Below, one piece after another: positions 19,959-29,970 of a stretch of DNA of 64,000 bases. Every line of letters starts with the position of its first letter. Position 1 is the first letter of the stretch. The position numbers and the translations under genes were made by a program. The notes below the pieces were generated by a model. That model saw nothing but the letters and a program-made list of their open reading frames with translations, was not told the DNA's origin and ran no database searches. The stretch spans positions 3,305 to 67,304 of the forward strand of contig DCKB01000010.1 in assembly GCA_002320595.1 (NCBI GenBank), written 5' to 3'. This DNA is from Christensenella sp. UBA1685. GTDB taxonomy: Bacteria > Bacillota > Clostridia > Christensenellales > CAG-138.

Positions 19959-20801
19959 ATGCCGCAATATCGAATCCGGGATAAAATCCAGCTCACACAA
20001 ACACAACTCAAATTGATTGCCGCTCTCTTTATGACGTCCGGCAGCATTGCCTTATATGGCTTTGAAGCAGGCGCAGTTGCGCAAAACTACAGCGTTTTCA
20101 GTGCTTTGGGATGGGTCTCCGCCCCAATTTTCCTTTATTGCCTGCTCGAATCCCTGCGCTATACCAGTTCGCGGCCAAAGCTGCTTCTGCGGCTGTACGC
20201 GGCAAACATTCTGTTTAGCCTTCTCAGGATTTTATTGAACCTGCTTGCGCAGCCGCTGTTCGGTTTTACCAGCGTTCCCAATGCCTTTGCCGCGCTTTTC
20301 TTTATTGCAGCCTCAATTACATTGATTGATATGCTGTGCAAAGCGATTCAGCGCAAGAACCGGAAAGCGTTCCTTCAGGCAGGCGCCGCAATTTTTGCCG
20401 TTGCTCTCTGGTGTGTTGTGGAGCCGCATATCGCAAGCCGCATCTTTTCCGCAACAGGCAATCCGGAAGCCGGTACAAATGCCGTCAACATGCTCCGCGC
20501 GCTGCTTCCAAGCCTGATATGGCTCGATTACACCGTGCCGCTCATCGGGTTTGGGATTTTATGGTACTTCATACGCAGTCGGAAATGGCAGATTGTGGCT
20601 TTTGCATGTTTTTGCTTTGTCCTGATCATTTGCTGTATCGCAGGCGTTCCGGAACTTCGTCACATGCGTTTTATGGTTTTCGCGCTCCCCCTGTTGCTCC
20701 TGTATAATGGGAAGCGCGGGCGCGGGTTCAAATATTTCTTTTACTTGTATTATCCCGCGCACATTTTGCTGATTCAGCTCGCTGCCGGGCTGATTTCCTG
20801 A
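19959..20801 (+). CDS. TraX-like polytopic membrane protein (putative acyltransferase family)
   Basis: ORF 19881..20801, trimmed to ATG 19959 (GGAGG upstream). Multi-TM. The C-terminal GKRGRGFKYFFYLYYPAHILLIQL resembles the TraX family signature (from memory). Confidence 0.55.
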   Translation: MPQYRIRDKIQLTQTQLKLIAALFMTSGSIALYGFEAGAVAQNYSVFSALGWVSAPIFLYCLLESLRYTSSRPKLLLRLYAANILFSLLRILLNLLAQPLFGFTSVPNAFAALFFIAASITLIDMLCKAIQRKNRKAFLQAGAAIFAVALWCVVEPHIASRIFSATGNPEAGTNAVNMLRALLPSLIWLDYTVPLIGFGILWYFIRSRKWQIVAFACFCFVLIICCIAGVPELRHMRFMVFALPLLLLYNGKRGRGFKYFFYLYYPAHILLIQLAAGLIS

Positions 20802-20818
20802 TGTTCTGCCGCGCGAAA

Positions 20819-20845
20819 GAGGCTGCCTGAGCAGCCTCCTTTTTT
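20819..20845. terminator. Bidirectional terminator between the TraX-like gene and glyA
   Basis: GAGGCTGC-CTGA-GCAGCCTC followed by TTTTTT; a short A-rich run precedes it. Confidence 0.7.
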
Positions 20846-20863
20846 ATGCGTTGCCTCAAAACG

Positions 20864-22102
20864 CTATTGATACAGCGGGTATTTCTCCGTCAGTGTCAGC
20901 ACGCCTTCCTTCACTTCCTGCACAGCGGCTTCGCCTTCGGAAATGATACGGGCGATATAACCTGCGACAAGCTCCATATCCGCTTCTTTCAGGCCGCGGC
21001 TCGTGACGGCAGGCGTACCCAAACGGATGCCGCTTGTGACGAAGGGGCTGCGCGTTTCGCCGGGCACGGTGTTCTTGTTCGCGGTGATGTTCGCCGCATC
21101 CAGCAGCGCTTCCACCTCTTTTCCCGTGCGGCCCTCCGCACCGAGATCAACGAGCATCAGATGGTTGTCCGTGCCGCCGGAAACGAGCTTTACGCCGCGC
21201 GCCATAAGGCCTTTTGCAAGCGCCCCGGCGTTTTTCACGACCTGCTGCTGATAGGCCTTGAACTCCGGCTGCAACGCTTCCTGCAGGCAAACGGCCTTTG
21301 CGGCGATGGTGTGCATCAGCGGGCCGCCCTGTGTGCCGGGGAAAATCGCCTTGTCGATCTGCTTGGCAAGCGCTTCCTTGCAAAGGATCATGCCGCCGCG
21401 CGGGCCGCGCAGCGTCTTGTGCGTCGTGGTGGTGACAACGTCCGCGTAGGGGACGGGGTTCATGTGAAGCCCCGCCGCGACAAGACCTGCGATGTGCGCC
21501 ATATCCACCATGAAAAGAGCGCCGGTTTCATCCGCGATTTCGCGCAGTTTTGCAAAGTCGATCGCACGCGGATATGCGGATGCGCCTGCAACGATCATCT
21601 TGGGTTTGTGCGCAAGGGCAAGGCGGCGCACTTCATCATAGTCGATCATTTCCGTTTCGGGATCTACACCATAGGCAACGAAGTTATAATACTTGCCGGA
21701 CATGTTCACGGGGCTGCCGTGCGTCAGGTGTCCGCCATGGGACAGATTCATGCCAAGCACGGTGTCTCCATAGTTCAGGAGCGCAAAATAAACGGCAAGG
21801 TTCGCTTGCGCGCCGGAATGTGGCTGCACATTTGCGTGTTCTGCGCCAAACAGCCTGCATGCGCGTTCACGGGCCAAGTTTTCTACGATGTCCACGCACT
21901 CACAGCCGCCGTAATACCGTTTGCCGGGATAGCCTTCGGCATATTTGTTGGTCAAATGGCTGCCCATCGCTGCCATCACGGCCTCCGAAACGAAGTTTTC
22001 GGAAGCGATCAGCTCCAAATGGTCGCGCTGGCGCTTGAGTTCCAACTCCATTGCTTCGGCAACCTGCGGATCCGTTGCGCGAATCAGGTCAAATTGAATC
22101 AT
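20864..22102 (-). CDS. glyA: Serine hydroxymethyltransferase
   Basis: 412 aa; LELIASENF...[13 protein letters not shown]...[14 protein letters not shown] signature. Confidence 0.97.
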   Translation of the reverse strand: MIQFDLIRATDPQVAEAMELELKRQRDHLELIASENFVSEAVMAAMGSHLTNKYAEGYPGKRYYGGCECVDIVENLARERACRLFGAEHANVQPHSGAQANLAVYFALLNYGDTVLGMNLSHGGHLTHGSPVNMSGKYYNFVAYGVDPETEMIDYDEVRRLALAHKPKMIVAGASAYPRAIDFAKLREIADETGALFMVDMAHIAGLVAAGLHMNPVPYADVVTTTTHKTLRGPRGGMILCKEALAKQIDKAIFPGTQGGPLMHTIAAKAVCLQEALQPEFKAYQQQVVKNAGALAKGLMARGVKLVSGGTDNHLMLVDLGAEGRTGKEVEALLDAANITANKNTVPGETRSPFVTSGIRLGTPAVTSRGLKEADMELVAGYIARIISEGEAAVQEVKEGVLTLTEKYPLYQ

Positions 22103-22170
22103 AATGCCCTCCCGTTTTTTTGAATAAATATAGTTCAGCCGCGCATGCGCCCGGCCGATTATCCAAGCTT

Positions 22171-22199
22171 ATTATAAAGGAGCTTTCCCCCACTTACAA
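22171..22199 (-). promoter_or_regulatory. glyA promoter
   Basis: Minus strand TTGTAA (22194..22199), 17 bp, TATAAT (22171..22176). Confidence 0.55.
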
Positions 22200-22245
22200 C
22201 CATTGTTAAAGAAATCTCCATGCATTTTTCCGGTGCAGCCCATCG

Positions 22246-22279
22246 AAAAAAGCGGTCCAAGGCACGCTGCCCGGACCGC
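22246..22279 (-). terminator. Terminator after proS
   Basis: Minus strand GCGGTCC-loop-GGACCGC followed by TTTTTT. Confidence 0.7.
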
Positions 22280-22292
22280 CCGTATCCTTTTG

Positions 22293-24020
22293 TCATTCCG
22301 CCCTGCATGCCGCGAGAAGCTCGTCTCTCAGTGCAGCAATGCGCTCCACCGCCTCTGTCACAGGCACCTTTTCGCTCACCTTCTTGTCACGCGTGGAAAG
22401 TTCGATGCAGCCTTCCTTCAGGTTGCGCGGGCTTGCGACAACGCGCACCGGAACGCCAAGCAGGTCCGCATCCGAGAACATTACGCCCGCGCTCACGGAG
22501 CGGTCGTCGTAAATGACCTCCAACCCGCGTGCCTGCAACGCTTCATAAAGCGAATCCGCATATGCGCGCACTTCGGCATTGTCTGCACGCATGCAGCAAA
22601 GATGCACCTGCCACGGTGCGATAGACATCGGCCAAATGGGGCCGTACGCGTCGTGATGCGCTTCGCATACGGAGGCTGCAAGCCGGCCAACGCCGATGCC
22701 ATAGCACCCCATGATGGGATATTGCAGCTGGCCGTTCTGGTCAAGATATTGCATGCCCATGGTTTTGGTGTATTTGGTGCCGAGCTGGAAGATGTTTCCA
22801 ACCTCAATGCCACGGGAAATGCTGAGTGTGTGCTTGCCGCACTTGGGGCAGATCCCGCCTTCTTTTACCTTGGCGAAATCGTGGAACGCAGCACCGGGGC
22901 AATCCCGCTCGAAGCAGAAGCCCGTGTAATGGTATTCCTCGCGGTTTGCGCCGCAGCAAAGGTTATTCGTTCCCTTAAGCGAGCTGTCGAAGAGCGCCGT
23001 CACGCCCTTGGGCAGGCCGAGCGGCCCGATGTAGCCGGCTGCAATGCCGCTTTCCGGCGTGATGGTTGCCGGGTGGATCGCTTCGCCCAGAAAATTCGTA
23101 AGCTTTGTCTCGTTTGCTTCCAGATCGCCGCGCAGGAACAATATGACGTATTCGTCCGTCGCGTTTTTCTGATAAACAACCGCCTTGCAGGATTGTTCCA
23201 CCGGCAGCTTCAGGAACGTGCAAACGTCCTCGATGGTCTGTTGGCCGGGCGTGTGTACGGGTGTGAGCGGGGCGTCCTCCGCATCCTTTTTGTTTTCAAT
23301 GATGCTTTCCGCCGCTTCCATGTTCGCCCGCCAGCCGCATTCCGGGCAGGTGACGATGGTGTCCTCGCCCACGGGGGTAAGGAGCATGTATTCATGGGAA
23401 ACGCTGCCGCCCATCATGCCCGAATCGGACAGGACGGCCACGGTTTCCGGGATGCCCGCGCGCGCAAAGATACGCTCGTATGCGTGATAGCAGCGGGCAT
23501 AGTATTGTTCCAGATCCTCCTGTGAGGTATGGAAGGAATAGGCGTCCTTCATCGTGAACTCACGCACGCGGATCAGGCCGGCGCGCGGGCGCGCCTCATC
23601 GCGGAACTTGGTCTGGATCTGGTAGATCATGAAAGGATACTTGGAATAGCTTTGGCCATATTCGCGCACAAGCTGCACGGCCGCTTCCTCGTGCGTCATG
23701 CCAAGCACAAGCGGGCTGCCGTTGCGGTCCGAAAGGCGCATCAGCTCACTGCCGACGCTCTGATACCGGCCGGATTCCTCCCACAGGGAAGCGGGCATCA
23801 CCACCGGGAACTGCACTTCCTGGCCGTCGATGGCGTCCATCTCCTCGCGGATGATGGCCTCGATTTTGCGCGTGACGCGCCGAAGCGGCATGTACGAAGA
23901 AAAAATGCCGTTGGCAACATATTTCATGTAGCCTCCGCGCAGCATCAGCGCGTGGCTGTCGATCACGCAATCGGACGGGCGCTCTTTAAACCGATCCCCC
24001 ACAAGGCGTTCAAGCTTCAT
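22293..24020 (-). CDS. proS: Prolyl-tRNA synthetase (bacterial type with editing insertion)
   Basis: ORF 22293..24113, trimmed to ATG 24020 (GGAGG upstream). IDSHALMLRGGYM...QIQTKFRDE.RPRAGLIRVREFTMKDAYSF...CYGIGVGR. Confidence 0.95.
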   Translation of the reverse strand: MKLERLVGDRFKERPSDCVIDSHALMLRGGYMKYVANGIFSSYMPLRRVTRKIEAIIREEMDAIDGQEVQFPVVMPASLWEESGRYQSVGSELMRLSDRNGSPLVLGMTHEEAAVQLVREYGQSYSKYPFMIYQIQTKFRDEARPRAGLIRVREFTMKDAYSFHTSQEDLEQYYARCYHAYERIFARAGIPETVAVLSDSGMMGGSVSHEYMLLTPVGEDTIVTCPECGWRANMEAAESIIENKKDAEDAPLTPVHTPGQQTIEDVCTFLKLPVEQSCKAVVYQKNATDEYVILFLRGDLEANETKLTNFLGEAIHPATITPESGIAAGYIGPLGLPKGVTALFDSSLKGTNNLCCGANREEYHYTGFCFERDCPGAAFHDFAKVKEGGICPKCGKHTLSISRGIEVGNIFQLGTKYTKTMGMQYLDQNGQLQYPIMGCYGIGVGRLAASVCEAHHDAYGPIWPMSIAPWQVHLCCMRADNAEVRAYADSLYEALQARGLEVIYDDRSVSAGVMFSDADLLGVPVRVVASPRNLKEGCIELSTRDKKVSEKVPVTEAVERIAALRDELLAACRAE

Positions 24021-24084
24021 AACAACAATTACCTCCGCAATAGGCGGCGCATATCGGCCGCCGCGCTTGTTTCTTATCCGATTT

Positions 24085-24113
24085 ATTGTAGCAAACCCTG
24101 TGAAAAGTGGCAA
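24085..24113 (-). promoter_or_regulatory. proS promoter (no T-box leader seen)
   Basis: Minus strand TTGCCA (24108..24113), 17 bp, TACAAT (24085..24090). The leader is only ~60 nt. Confidence 0.6.
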
Positions 24114-24230
24114 CGCCTATTTCGCGCAAAACCGGCCTCTTCGGCATTTTTCTGCAAAATCGTGTTTGCCGGCTCCGCGTGCATATGGTATGATTGGTGC
24201 GGAATTTGTCTCACCATAGGGGGTAATTCA

Positions 24231-25127
24231 ATGAATTCAAATGCAAACAGGCGAAAGTCTCAGGGGATCGCGCTGCTCATTTTGGGCGTCGTTCTGCTTG
24301 GCATCGGGCTTATGGCTTTTATCGGCGTGCAAAGCGATCTGAAAAAGTATGAGGCTGAAGGCACGCGGGATTTTAACCAGCTCACTGAAGCCGAGCTTTC
24401 CGGCAAGCCCTATGTGGAAGGCCGGGTGGAATTCGTTTTTGAGGTGTTTGCCGAAGAATACACGACGAATTACGGTATTCGCCTTTCAGACGACAGCGAC
24501 AAGCTTTATTACCTGATTCCGCTTGTAACGGAGGAGGGCTACATCGACTATTTCGTGACGCTTGAGGCAACCGAGCGCTATTACGAAACGCTGAACCAGA
24601 TTTACGAGGAAACCTGGGACGAAAGCCTGCCCGCCGTCTACACGGAGCTTTACCTTGACGATGCAAAGATCCGTTCTCTGCCTTCCAGCATTGAAAGGAT
24701 TCTTTATGACTGGTGCGAAACCGGAGAATTTTACCAAAACGGCAGCTTTGTGGATTGGTGCGTTGCGTCCGATTTCTTCGGCACGACCGATTCCGCGGAA
24801 ATCGTTTCGCACGTTCTGCCCTATATGATCGTTCCGGACAGCAAACCTGGAGGTTCCGCCCTCATCGGGCTCGTTATGGCGGGTATTGGCCTCGCGCTGC
24901 TCGTGGTAGCCGTCGTGCTTCTGAACAAGGCGAAAAACGTGCCTGCTGCGCCGAACGAAGCCTTTGCGTCGGAAGCCCCCGCAGAGGAATTCTCCACGCC
25001 GGAAGCCGCCCCGTCCAATGCCGCACCGTCCCGCACAAACTTCTGTCCGCAATGCGGTGCGCCGCTTGAACCCGGCGCAAAATTCTGCCCCTCCTGCGGT
25101 GCAAAGGTGGAAGGCATGCATCGCTAA
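24231..25127 (+). CDS. Two-TM membrane protein with C-terminal zinc-ribbon
   Basis: ORF 23529..25127 is mostly a shadow of proS; the real start is ATG 24231 (MNSNANRRKSQGIALLILG). C-terminus NFCPQCGAPLEPGAKFCPSCGAKV. Confidence 0.6.
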   Translation: MNSNANRRKSQGIALLILGVVLLGIGLMAFIGVQSDLKKYEAEGTRDFNQLTEAELSGKPYVEGRVEFVFEVFAEEYTTNYGIRLSDDSDKLYYLIPLVTEEGYIDYFVTLEATERYYETLNQIYEETWDESLPAVYTELYLDDAKIRSLPSSIERILYDWCETGEFYQNGSFVDWCVASDFFGTTDSAEIVSHVLPYMIVPDSKPGGSALIGLVMAGIGLALLVVAVVLLNKAKNVPAAPNEAFASEAPAEEFSTPEAAPSNAAPSRTNFCPQCGAPLEPGAKFCPSCGAKVEGMHR

Positions 25128-25167
25128 CTTCCCGCTTTATATTTTTTCAGAAAGTTGGTATCTGCTC

Positions 25168-26361
25168 ATGGCACTCGATCCAAAAACCCTGCTGTGCGAG
25201 GCAAAAGCCCTGCAAGAGGAGCTTGTCACCCTCCGCCGCGACCTGCACGCCCACCCCGAGCTTGGCAGCTGCGAGGTGCGTACCACCTCGCTCATCAAAA
25301 AGTATCTGGAGGAATTGGGCATTGAAGTTCGCCCCTGCACCGAAACGGGCGTTCTCGGCATCCTTTACGGCGGTAAGCCGGGCAAGACCATCGGCCTTCG
25401 TGCCGACATCGACGCACTTCCGATTCAAGAGGAAACCGGCCTCCCCTTCGCCTCGAAAAACGCGGGCGTTATGCACGCCTGCGGGCATGATTTGCATACC
25501 GCGTCGCTGATGGGCGCCGCCAAGATTCTTTCGGCGCACCGCGATGCGCTTTGCGGAAACGTAAAGTTCTTCTTCCAGCCTGACGAAGAAGGCAATGGCG
25601 GTGCGGAGCGCATGGTCAGGGCCGGCTGCCTGCAAGACCCAGATGTGGACGCTGTTTTCGGCGGGCACAGCAGCACCGGCAGAATCGCCGGCCATTATGG
25701 TTTGAAATACGGCAAAACCTACGCGGCTTCCAACCCGTTCACCATTCTCATCCGCGGCCAGGGCTGCCACGGCGCATATCCCGGCAGCGGCATTGATTCT
25801 ATTGCCGTCGCCTGTCAGGTCGTGACTGCGCTTCAAACCCTTGTATCCCGCCGGATTTTCGCAACGGATTCCGCCGTAGTCACAGTGGGCAGCTTCCACG
25901 CGGGTACCGCCGGAAACATCATTGCCGGCGAAGCCGAGCTCAAGGGAATCATCCGCACGCTTGGCCCTGAAATGCGGGAAAAGATGTGCCGCATGGTGAA
26001 GGAAACCGCAGAAGGCGTCGCCGCGGCCATGGGCGCTTCCGCGGAGGTACAAATTCGAACCAGCTACCCCGGCGTTGTAAATGAAGATGGGTTTACAGCG
26101 CTTGTGCAGCAGGCAATGGCCGAGCTTGTGGGCAAAGAAGGAATTGAGCTGGAAACCGTCCCCAACATGGGAACCGAAGACTTTGGGTATTTCATGGATG
26201 GTATCCCCGGCTGCTATTGCTCCTTTGGTTTTGGGGACGGAAGAAACGAGTGCCGTTTCCCTGCCCATGGCCCGTATTTCCGCGCAAATGAAGCCGGGCT
26301 CGCGTATGCCGCCGCCCTCCACGCAAACGTTGCGGTGCGCTATCTGAACGGCGGGCGTTAA
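25168..26361 (+). CDS. M20-family amidohydrolase (N-acyl-amino-acid amidohydrolase type)
   Basis: LRRDLHAHPELG...GLRADIDALPI...MHACGHD...FQPDEEG motifs. Start taken at ATG 25168. Confidence 0.85.
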   Translation: MALDPKTLLCEAKALQEELVTLRRDLHAHPELGSCEVRTTSLIKKYLEELGIEVRPCTETGVLGILYGGKPGKTIGLRADIDALPIQEETGLPFASKNAGVMHACGHDLHTASLMGAAKILSAHRDALCGNVKFFFQPDEEGNGGAERMVRAGCLQDPDVDAVFGGHSSTGRIAGHYGLKYGKTYAASNPFTILIRGQGCHGAYPGSGIDSIAVACQVVTALQTLVSRRIFATDSAVVTVGSFHAGTAGNIIAGEAELKGIIRTLGPEMREKMCRMVKETAEGVAAAMGASAEVQIRTSYPGVVNEDGFTALVQQAMAELVGKEGIELETVPNMGTEDFGYFMDGIPGCYCSFGFGDGRNECRFPAHGPYFRANEAGLAYAAALHANVAVRYLNGGR

Positions 26362-26378
26362 TGGGTTTCACACGTAAG

Positions 26379-26415
26379 AAAAGCCCCGGGCCATTACAGC
26401 GGCCCGGGGCTTTTT
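26379..26415. terminator. Bidirectional terminator (M20 gene / trxA)
   Basis: AAAAGCCCCGGGCC-ATTACAGC-GGCCCGGGGCTTTTT. Confidence 0.85.
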
Positions 26416-26428
26416 CACGGATGCCTTT

Positions 26429-26758
26429 TTACAGATTTTCTTCAATTGCTTCCACGAACGCCTGCTTCGGGCGCGCACCGACCATTTTTTCTACGATCTC
26501 CCCGCCGCGGAACAGGAAAATTGCAGGGATGGACATGATCCGATACCGCTGTGCAAGGGCGGATTCTTCATCCACATTCACCTTGCAAACCTTTGCACGG
26601 CCGCTGTACTCCTCGGCCAACTCATCCAAGATAGGCGCGATCATGCGGCAGGGGCCGCACCACGTTGCCCAAAAATCAACGAGCACGGGTTGCTCGCATC
26701 TCAGCACCTCCGCATCAAAGGTTTCTTCCGTCACATGCAACACTTTCTCACTCGCCAT
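26429..26758 (-). CDS. trxA: Thioredoxin
   Basis: ORF trimmed to ATG 26758 (MASEKVLHVTEETFDAEVL). WATWCGPC active site. 109 aa. Confidence 0.93.
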   Translation of the reverse strand: MASEKVLHVTEETFDAEVLRCEQPVLVDFWATWCGPCRMIAPILDELAEEYSGRAKVCKVNVDEESALAQRYRIMSIPAIFLFRGGEIVEKMVGARPKQAFVEAIEENL

Positions 26759-27194
26759 TATTTTCTCCTCCTTCATTCGCTCGTTCGGGTTCTTCCGTCT
26801 GCTCAATGATCTCCACCATGCGCGGCTTAAATTCCGTCATGCGGGAGAACTTCGGCTCCAGGGCACGCAGGATAAAGAACGCACCTGCTGCAAACAATAC
26901 CCCGCCGAGCGCCGCGTACAAATCGCCCTGCAGGGAACCGATAAACGCACCCACAAGCAGTGCCACAAGCGGCACGCCATACAGAATCAGGCTTGCCTTA
27001 AGTACGCTTTTGGCATGCATTTCAATCCCAACCAGATCGCCGATCTGCGCGTTCAGCGCATTATCAATATCAATGTCGGCCTCATTGCTGCCCAAACGGA
27101 AGCAGGCGTTACAATGCCCGCAAGCGTCGCTGCGCACGAAGCGCACAACGGCCTTCTTTCCCTTTGTTTCTATCACCTTTCCCGTTTGACGCAT
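26748..27194 (-). CDS. RseC/MucC-family (SoxR-reducing-system-like) membrane protein
   Basis: MRQTGKVIETKGKKAVVRFVRSDACGHCNAC, then two TM helices. The stop overlaps the trxA start by 11 nt. Confidence 0.65.
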   Translation of the reverse strand: MRQTGKVIETKGKKAVVRFVRSDACGHCNACFRLGSNEADIDIDNALNAQIGDLVGIEMHAKSVLKASLILYGVPLVALLVGAFIGSLQGDLYAALGGVLFAAGAFFILRALEPKFSRMTEFKPRMVEIIEQTEEPERANEGGENNGE

Positions 27195-27276
27195 CGTGGT
27201 TCCATTCCTTTCCAAATCAACTGGCTTTTGCCAAGTTTTATTATATCACATCCGAACCCGCGCGGCATCCCCAGTT

Positions 27277-27996
27277 TCAGCCTGCGCCGCCTTTTTTATT
27301 CAGGTTCCGGTAAATCAGCACACCGGCTGCCGCGAGCGCCGCCGCCACGCCGAATGCGATGAGCGCAAACTGGTAATTTTGAAGGCCGAGCGCATCTCCG
27401 CCAATGGTAGAAGTCACAATAGAGGGGATGCGCGCCGTAGAAGAAATCAGCAGCCACGTTCCAAGCGGCATCTTCGTGAGTCCAACGCAATAGGTCATCA
27501 CATCCTTTGGGGTGCCCGGAATAAAGAACAGGAGGAATACCAGAAAGTTCAGTTCGCGCCCCGCCCTGAGGAACCGCACGGAATCAATCTGTTCCGGCGG
27601 GAAGAACACCTCCACTGCACGCCTGCCGAACGAACGCACGAACAGGAATACCACAAGTCCCCCGATCAGCGCTCCGAGCATGCAAAGGCCCGTGCCCTCC
27701 CAAACCCCAAAGGCATACCCGGCTGCAATCTCCAGCGGCTCGCCGGGAATGAACGCAACGATAACCTGCAGCGCCATCATGCCAACAAAGGACAGCCGTC
27801 CCCAAATTCCATGCGTATCCACCCAATCACGGAACTTCTGCGGATCGTCGATGAATTTAAGCAGCGGCCGTCCCACCAGCACACAGGCAATAGCAAGAAA
27901 AGCAGCAAAAGCAATAATCGCCGCAATCGTGCGCTTTATGCGCCGCTTTTCCTCCGGCGTACGGTTTTTGAAATCGGGCTTGCAAGGCATTTGCAA
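27277..27996 (-). CDS. TVP38/TMEM64 (DedA-related, VTT-domain) membrane protein
   Basis: FIPGEPLEIAAGYAFG...FFIPGTPKDVMTYCVGLT pattern; multi-TM. Confidence 0.75.
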   Translation of the reverse strand: MQMPCKPDFKNRTPEEKRRIKRTIAAIIAFAAFLAIACVLVGRPLLKFIDDPQKFRDWVDTHGIWGRLSFVGMMALQVIVAFIPGEPLEIAAGYAFGVWEGTGLCMLGALIGGLVVFLFVRSFGRRAVEVFFPPEQIDSVRFLRAGRELNFLVFLLFFIPGTPKDVMTYCVGLTKMPLGTWLLISSTARIPSIVTSTIGGDALGLQNYQFALIAFGVAAALAAAGVLIYRNLNKKGGAG

Positions 27997-28114
27997 TGGT
28001 CTCCTTCTGTTCGGGATGCCGGGTCTATTCTGTCCGGCTCATACAAAAGTATAACAGCACAACATCAATAAACCTTCAATACCGGATTATGGTTTTCTTA
28101 AATTTCAGCGATCC

Positions 28115-28150
28115 AAAAGCGGCCCAGGCGAACTTTCCGGGCCGCTTTTT
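28115..28150. terminator. Terminator after aspS (bidirectional form)
   Basis: AAAAGCGGCCC-loop-GGGCCGCTTTTT. Confidence 0.75.
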
Positions 28151-28161
28151 GCGTTTGCGCT

Positions 28162-29955
28162 TTATTTTTCCACATCCGTGCAGATGTGCAGCTCCCGAAG
28201 CTGCTTTTCTTCCACTACGTTGGGCGCATCGGTCATCAGGCAGGAGGCCGTCTGCACCTTTGGGAACGCGATGACGTCGCGGATGTTCGTGGTGCCCGTC
28301 ATGAGCATCACAAGCCGGTCAAGGCCATAGGCAAGGCCGCCGTGCGGCGGAGTGCCATACTTGAATGCGTCGATGAAATACCCAAAACGTTCGCGTGCCT
28401 GCTCCGGCGTGAAACCGATCGTCTCGAACATTTTCTCCTGCAATTCTGAAGAGTGGATTCGGATGGAGCCGCCGCCCGCCTCGTAGCCGTTGATGACCAT
28501 GTCGTAAGCCTTGGCGCGCGCCTTGCCCGGATCGGTATCAAGCAATGCAATGTCTTCATCCTTGGGGCTCGTGAACGGGTGGTGGCACGCAACATAGCGG
28601 TTTTCTTCCTCATCCCATTCAAGCAGCGGGAAATCCGTTACCCAGAGCACATCGAACTTCGTCTGATCAATGAGGTCAAGCCGCTTGGCAATCTCAACGC
28701 GCAGCGCGCCGAGCGAAGCGTACACCACCTCGTTTTTCGCATCCGCAACGAAGAACAGAATGTCCCCCTGCTCCGCGCCCGCGGCTTTCTGAACATCCGC
28801 AATCTGCGCCTCGGTTAGGAACTTTGCGAACGAGCACTGGAGCCCCTCGGGTTTCAAGCTCATCCACGCCATGCCCTTTGCGCGGTAGATCTTCACAAAC
28901 TCCGCAAGCTCGTCGATCTTCTTGCGCGGGAATTTCTCCACGCCGCCCTTGACGCAGATGCAGCGCACGCTGCCGCCGCCCTCAATGGCGGAATTGAACA
29001 CCCCGAAGCCGGAACCGCGCACGATGTCCGTCACATCCACAAGCTCCAGACCAAAGCGGGTATCCGGCTTATCGGAGCCAAAGCGGTCCATGGCCTCCTG
29101 CCAGGGCAGGCGGCGCAGCGGAAGCGGCAGGTCAATGCCCTTGACCTCCTTCAAAAGCCGCGCAATAAAGCCCTCGTTCACAGCGAGCACATCCTCTTCA
29201 TCCACAAAGGACATTTCAAGGTCAATCTGCGTAAATTCCGGCTGGCGGTCTGCGCGCAGGTCCTCATCGCGGAAGCAGCGGGCGAGTTGGAAATAGCGGT
29301 CATACCCTGCGATCATCAGGAGCTGCTTGAACTGCTGCGGGCTCTGCGGAAGCGCATAAAACTCGCCGGGATGCACGCGGCTCGGCACAAGGTAGTCCCT
29401 TGCGCCCTCCGGCGTGGAACGGCCGAGCATCGGCGTTTCGATTTCAAGGAAGCCCTGTTCATCGAAATAGCTGCGGGTGATCTGCGCGATGCGGTGGCGC
29501 ATCATGAGAATCTCCTGCATGCGCGGCCTGCGCAGGTCGAGATAGCGGTACTTCAGGCGGAGATCCTCTTTCGTGTTCACGTTATCGTCAATGTAAAACG
29601 GCGGGGTTTCCGCGCTTGAGAGAATTTTCAGCTCGCTTGCGATGACTTCATATTCGCCCGTTTTCATCTCCTTGTTGACCATCTCCGGCGTGCGGCGCGC
29701 AAGCGTTCCCTTTACCGCGATTACATATTCGCTGCGGATGGTTTCCGCAAGTTCAAACACCTCTTTGGGCAGGCCGGATTCGTTGAACACAACCTGCATC
29801 AGGCCGCTGCGATCCCTGAGGCCGATGAAGATGAGCGCGCCCAGATTGCGCCATGTTCCCGCCCAACCCATGAGCGTTACTTCCTGCCCGATCTGTTCCG
29901 CCGTAAGCTCGCCCACGCGGTGCGAGCGTTTCCAGCCCTGCAATAATTCAGCCAT
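28162..29955 (-). CDS. aspS: Aspartyl-tRNA synthetase
   Basis: 597 aa; GWAGTWRNLGALIFIGLRDRSG...FRDEDLRADRQPEFTQID...GGGSIRIH...PPHGGLAYGLDR. Confidence 0.97.
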   Translation of the reverse strand: MAELLQGWKRSHRVGELTAEQIGQEVTLMGWAGTWRNLGALIFIGLRDRSGLMQVVFNESGLPKEVFELAETIRSEYVIAVKGTLARRTPEMVNKEMKTGEYEVIASELKILSSAETPPFYIDDNVNTKEDLRLKYRYLDLRRPRMQEILMMRHRIAQITRSYFDEQGFLEIETPMLGRSTPEGARDYLVPSRVHPGEFYALPQSPQQFKQLLMIAGYDRYFQLARCFRDEDLRADRQPEFTQIDLEMSFVDEEDVLAVNEGFIARLLKEVKGIDLPLPLRRLPWQEAMDRFGSDKPDTRFGLELVDVTDIVRGSGFGVFNSAIEGGGSVRCICVKGGVEKFPRKKIDELAEFVKIYRAKGMAWMSLKPEGLQCSFAKFLTEAQIADVQKAAGAEQGDILFFVADAKNEVVYASLGALRVEIAKRLDLIDQTKFDVLWVTDFPLLEWDEEENRYVACHHPFTSPKDEDIALLDTDPGKARAKAYDMVINGYEAGGGSIRIHSSELQEKMFETIGFTPEQARERFGYFIDAFKYGTPPHGGLAYGLDRLVMLMTGTTNIRDVIAFPKVQTASCLMTDAPNVVEEKQLRELHICTDVEK

Positions 29956-29970
29956 TGTTCTTCTCCTTCT

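Noticed and set aside
23529-24230. First ~234 codons of the 532-aa ORF 23529..25127.
   Set aside because: This part is antisense to proS and its promoter. The real gene starts at ATG 24231 with a signal-anchor sequence.
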